DNA of 64,000 bases, from the sequence record SRR20825010_2939; one strand, 5' to 3'. Positions 60,136 to 64,000 of this stretch are shown here, in pieces (positions within the stretch are counted from its first letter, which is position 1; each line of letters starts with the position of its first letter). The notes under the pieces are model-generated. The model was not told the origin of the DNA. It saw only the letters and a program-made list of their open reading frames with translations, and searched no databases. Both the position numbers and the translations under genes were made by a program.

Positions 60136-61578
60136 ATGACAGTGAAGTTACTGATCGGCCTGGTTATTCTGACCATCACAACAACCGGTTTTTACCACAC
60201 ATTGAAGCCCCTGCCACCGGGGATAGGTTACGAGGGCACAGTCCACCCTCTGACGAATGCCAGGCTTCTCACCGATAGGACCCTGCATTTCGGCAACGAG
60301 GAACCACGGCTGGACCAGGAAATTTTCGACGAGGCCCTCAACATGATTTCGGCGGCTCGCCGTTTTGTTCTGGTGGATATGTTCCTCTTCAACGGCACCC
60401 GCGAGGAAGGCAGCCGTCAGCGGCCATTGGCAAGGGAGTTGACTGACGCCCTGCTCAAGCAACGCAAGGCGAATCCGGATGTGCGTATTGTCGTTATTTC
60501 CGATCCCATAAACACCGTATACGGTGGTACGGTCTCGCCCTACTTCCAGCAACTAAGGCAAGCAGGCATTCCGGTAATAGAAACCAGGTTGGAGCGCCTT
60601 CGTGACAGCAACCCCACCTGGTCCGGCCTGTGGCGCTTCTGTTGTCAGTGGATGGGCAACTCCGCGACCGGGGGCTGGCTGCCGAACGCACTCGGTGAGC
60701 AGCCGGTCACCCTGCGCAGTTACCTGGCCCTCCCCAACTTCAAGGCCAACCACCGCAAGGTTCTGATCACCGACAACGCAGAGGGCTTTAACGCCCTGGT
60801 GACCTCCGCCAACCCCCACGATGGCAGTAGCCGGCACAGCAACATCGGCCTGCGATTCGGAGGGCCAGCCGTGGCCGATTTGCTGCTCAGTGAGCGTGCC
60901 GTTCTGGCGATGTCCGGTGCAGACACCGAGGTGGTGGACGAAATGATCAGCAGCCTGCCGCAAGCCGCAGCCGGCATCGCTTCGCTCGATACCATCCAGG
61001 TCGTCACAGAATCGGCCATAAGGACAACCGCGAGAGACATCATTGGCACCGCAAAGGCAGGCGACAGGCTGGATCTGGCCATGTTCTACCTGTCGCACCG
61101 AACGTTACTGGAAGAACTGAAAGAAGCCCACGAACGCGGTGTCGAAGTGCGGATACTGTTAGACGCCAACAACGATGCTTTTGGCATGGAAAAAAGCGGC
61201 ATACCCAACCGGCAGTCGGCCATGGAGCTTAATGGCGCCGGCATTACCGTACGTTGGTGCAACACCGAAGGTGAGCAGTGCCACAGTAAATTACTGATCA
61301 GGCGCGACAGCCACGGCAACGCTCAACTGCTGCTCGGCTCGGCCAACTTCACCCGCCGCAACCTTGACGACCTGAACCTTGAAACCAGCGTACTCGTGCG
61401 CTCCAACGTGCACTCAGAGATCGTGCGCAAAGCGGCCGGCTTCTTCGAGGAGCAATGGAACCACGGCCCGGGCGAAACACCGGTAATGAGCCTGCCTTAC
61501 AATGCCTGGGCCGATGAATCCCGGATACGGTATTGGCAATACAGGCTGATGGAGGCAACGGGACTGTCCACGTTTTAA
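60136..61578 (+). CDS. Phospholipase D-family protein
   Basis: NHRKVLITD...SAN and CHSKLLIRRD...GSANFT, N-terminal TM. Start set at ATG 60136. Confidence 0.88.
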   Translation: MTVKLLIGLVILTITTTGFYHTLKPLPPGIGYEGTVHPLTNARLLTDRTLHFGNEEPRLDQEIFDEALNMISAARRFVLVDMFLFNGTREEGSRQRPLARELTDALLKQRKANPDVRIVVISDPINTVYGGTVSPYFQQLRQAGIPVIETRLERLRDSNPTWSGLWRFCCQWMGNSATGGWLPNALGEQPVTLRSYLALPNFKANHRKVLITDNAEGFNALVTSANPHDGSSRHSNIGLRFGGPAVADLLLSERAVLAMSGADTEVVDEMISSLPQAAAGIASLDTIQVVTESAIRTTARDIIGTAKAGDRLDLAMFYLSHRTLLEELKEAHERGVEVRILLDANNDAFGMEKSGIPNRQSAMELNGAGITVRWCNTEGEQCHSKLLIRRDSHGNAQLLLGSANFTRRNLDDLNLETSVLVRSNVHSEIVRKAAGFFEEQWNHGPGETPVMSLPYNAWADESRIRYWQYRLMEATGLSTF

Positions 61579-61721
61579 GTTTCTGTCATCATTCGGAACC
61601 TGGCCCTCCGATAACGCGTGCTACTATTAGGTCAGCTTGAATGTCGGATGTAGGAGTCGGCTACATCGCAGGCAACAACCGGAAAGACCGCTTCTTGAAT
61701 GAAAAATAACAGGAGAGTGTA

Positions 61722-62123
61722 ATGCAAACCCTGAGAAACCATCTGCGGTACGTATCGTTTGTCATGGCCATCATGATGGCTTTCGGCTCCGTTTGGGCAT
61801 CGTCTGCCTCGGCGGGTATGGTTGGAACCGGTGAGCTGCTGACCGAGCAACGCACGGATCTGGACCGCCAGTCACTGCTCAACATGCTTGAGCAGGATGA
61901 GGTTAAAGAGAAACTGGCGGAAATGGGCGTTAGTCAGGAGCAGGTTGAACAGCGCATACAGAACCTGACGCCGGAGGAGTTGTCGTCGTTTGAGCAACAG
62001 TTGGCGGAGGCTCCCGTTGGCGAGGGCGTTGTCGGGATCATCGTTCTGTTCCTGCTGGTGTTCATCATCACCGACATGCTGTGCGCCACCAATATCTTCC
62101 CGTTCATCAACTGCATCCGGTAG
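61722..62123 (+). CDS. PA2779-like exported protein with C-terminal hydrophobic segment
   Basis: Sec signal (ASA-G), helical acidic core, hydrophobic C-terminus with ITD. RBS AGGAG. Confidence 0.8.
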   Translation: MQTLRNHLRYVSFVMAIMMAFGSVWASSASAGMVGTGELLTEQRTDLDRQSLLNMLEQDEVKEKLAEMGVSQEQVEQRIQNLTPEELSSFEQQLAEAPVGEGVVGIIVLFLLVFIITDMLCATNIFPFINCIR

Positions 62124-62135
62124 CGCAATAGCTCC

Positions 62136-63128
62136 GTGATCCGTCCTACCCAGTTGCACCTGCTGCGAGTCGTTGTCAGTCTCTTACTGGCAACGATTCT
62201 GGCGGGCTGCGCCAGCCGCCCCCAATGGCCCGATACCCCTGCCCTGAACACGGCCGGTGTTGACCAGCGGAAAGTGCTGGACCATGTTCCCTTCCACGCT
62301 CAGGAACTGTACCAGTGCGGCCCGGCGTCCCTGGCCATGATGCTCAATAGCCAGGGCCTGAACACCAACCCCACCGTACTGAAGGAGTTAGTGTATCTGC
62401 CTTCACGCCAGGGCAGCCTGAAAGTTGAAATGGTGTCCGCCGCCCGATCCCATGGCTTACTGGTCTACCCGCTGGACGGTTCGCTCAAGAGCCTGTTGGA
62501 GGAGATAGCCTCTGGCCACCCGGTGCTGGTGATGCAGAATCTGCGATTTGACTGGTGGCCACAATGGCATTTTGCCGTGGCGATTGGTTACGACGCCAGC
62601 GACCGCTCCATCATCCTTCACACCGGCACCCAGGAGCGGCACGAGCAGGCACTGGAAGTGTTCATGGCCACATGGGACCGCGCAGACAACTGGGCCACGG
62701 TCATCCTGCCGCCCGACCAACTACCTGCAACGGCGCAGCCCCTGCGCTATCTGACATCCGCCAACGACCTGGAAACCACTGGCAGGACCATCGCTGCCAC
62801 TGAGGCCTATCGAACGGCCGAACAGGCCTGGCCAGACCAACCGGCTGCCATCATGGGGCAGGGAAACATTGCCTGGCAACAGGGCCAGGTGGACCTGGCC
62901 GCGCAACATTTCCTGAGACTGACGGCCAAATTCCCGAACCTGGCCGCAGGCTGGAACAACCTGGCCCACGCACTGGCCACCCAAGGCTGTGCCACGGCAT
63001 CAAGGACCGCAGCGAGCTGTGCCAGCGCCATCGCTCCAGAGCGTTTCGACGGCAACGTCAAGAACAACAGCGATGGCCCCCGTCCCGTCGAGTGCCCTGT
63101 ACTGGACTGCCCTACCCCGATTCACTGA
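62136..63128 (+). CDS. PA2778-like C39-type cysteine peptidase lipoprotein with TPRs
   Basis: Lipobox LAGC, VPFHAQELYQCGPASLAM (Gln/Cys), WHFAVAIGYD (His), TPR-like AGWNNLAHAL. Confidence 0.85.
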   Translation: MIRPTQLHLLRVVVSLLLATILAGCASRPQWPDTPALNTAGVDQRKVLDHVPFHAQELYQCGPASLAMMLNSQGLNTNPTVLKELVYLPSRQGSLKVEMVSAARSHGLLVYPLDGSLKSLLEEIASGHPVLVMQNLRFDWWPQWHFAVAIGYDASDRSIILHTGTQERHEQALEVFMATWDRADNWATVILPPDQLPATAQPLRYLTSANDLETTGRTIAATEAYRTAEQAWPDQPAAIMGQGNIAWQQGQVDLAAQHFLRLTAKFPNLAAGWNNLAHALATQGCATASRTAASCASAIAPERFDGNVKNNSDGPRPVECPVLDCPTPIH

Positions 63129-63805
63129 ATCTTCTGGAACAGCGCGACGTCCTTGGCCGGAACCTCCAGGCGCCACCCATACCTCCGGGCCAACCAGGCC
63201 ATGGTGAACTCCCGATAAAACACAACATGGGTTGGGTCCCGCCGGTAATGCCAGTTGGCAAATCGTCGGTCGTCTGTCTGGAAGCAGGTCATCACACCCA
63301 ACCAGCCACCCGGTTTCAGCAGCCTGTCCAGCCGACGGAACGTATCCGCCGGGCGATGAAGGTGTTCCACCACCTCCGTGCAGGATACAAAATCATACTG
63401 GTGTTCCAGAACAGACGTTTGCGGATGAAAGAAGGGATCATAGAGCGCCATGTCCATGCCCGCTTCCCGCAGCATCCCGGCCAGCGCCGGGCCAGGGCCA
63501 CAGCCAAAATCCAGGCCGCGTACACCCGCTTCCAGTCGTTCGAGTAACGGGCTGGTCATCTTCGAAAGAAAGCGGCGATAGCCCTCATCTTCCGGATGAT
63601 TGTCGTGAAGGTTGTAGATCTCCCTTTCCCGGCGCTCGTCCAGCCAGCAAGACGAGTCCATGACCGTGGCCTCACAGGTTTCACAACGATAATACGGTAT
63701 GTCTTTGATGGTCTGGAACGGCGCCAGTGAGCGTGTTTCACACACCGGACAGGGCACTTTCAATGGGAGATCTCCTGCAAAATCTAACGAATGTTTCATT
63801 GTCAT
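63122..63805 (-). CDS. Class I SAM-dependent methyltransferase with N-terminal CxxC...CxxC
   Basis: CPVC, CETC, LDFGCGPG, CTEVVEH, LKPGG, WHYRRDPTHV. Confidence 0.9.
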   Translation of the reverse strand: MTMKHSLDFAGDLPLKVPCPVCETRSLAPFQTIKDIPYYRCETCEATVMDSSCWLDERREREIYNLHDNHPEDEGYRRFLSKMTSPLLERLEAGVRGLDFGCGPGPALAGMLREAGMDMALYDPFFHPQTSVLEHQYDFVSCTEVVEHLHRPADTFRRLDRLLKPGGWLGVMTCFQTDDRRFANWHYRRDPTHVVFYREFTMAWLARRYGWRLEVPAKDVALFQKIQ

Positions 63806-63936
63806 TTCCGGCCATCACACCAGAACCGTGACCGGTGAGCAAAATCGACCCGAGCAACCCTGCCTATACTGGGCTAAGACAGAGTAAACAACTGTGCGCT
63901 GAACGCGACAGTTCCAGTTCAATAAGGCTACCTCTC

Positions 63937-64000
63937 ATGGAACGAACGGTGGAAACGTCCAGCCCGATGGCGCTCGAAGTGCCGCTGATCTCGGCACGCT
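63937..64000 (+). CDS. Possible 5' fragment of a CDS running off the window
   Basis: ATG 63937 with weak RBS TAAGG. Open to the end (MERTVETSSPMALEVPLISAR). Confidence 0.35.
   Translation, partial: MERTVETSSPMALEVPLISAR

Noticed and set aside
57153..61578. Kinase/PP2C/PLD as an anti-phage defence system
   Set aside because: The kinase and PLD are membrane-anchored with host-like composition. No vWA, helicase, nuclease or other defence genes are nearby, and the PLD is divergent.

Overview
This is a GC-rich (roughly 55-60%), densely coding chromosomal window from a marine gammaproteobacterium. Gene content and order look Marinobacter-like (my inference). It is mostly core and accessory metabolism, and I see no prophage, integrase, transposase, CRISPR array or recognisable defence island. 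Housekeeping: the 5' end of tRNA-Asp, a Lon-like protease, recA (LexA box)-pncC/cinA-mutS-fdxA, argO/argP, alkB, djlA, a YebC-family gene, and ilvGM with a leader-peptide attenuator. Lipid/acyl genes: AraC-MaoC, DegV, a ferritin-like hydrolase, an acyl-CoA ligase and two phospholipase D genes. Signalling: two FixL/FixJ-type two-component pairs, several c-di-GMP genes (PilZ, HD-GYP, DISM-GGDEF, GAF-GGDEF-EAL), an MCP and a Ser/Thr kinase-PP2C-FHA operon. Also present: a sulP-usp-PLD operon, an RND pair, a proline-racemase-superfamily/MDR pair and a PA2779/PA2778-like pair. The best leads are: (1) two overlapping uORFs (MNVP* and [13 protein letters not shown]) in the structured sulP leader; (2) the PA2779-like protein next to a C39-like lipoprotein peptidase, as a possible peptide-processing system; (3) a GTAG-footed REPIN-like inverted doublet that supplies a neighbouring gene's stop codon; (4) a kinase with an apparently collapsed CHASE2 sensor and a stand-alone FHA partner; (5) a sigma28-driven small DRR-repeat protein beside PilZ; (6) a BfiSR-like/acyl-CoA ligase/orphan permease module. 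All family calls come from motif recognition by eye, not database searches.
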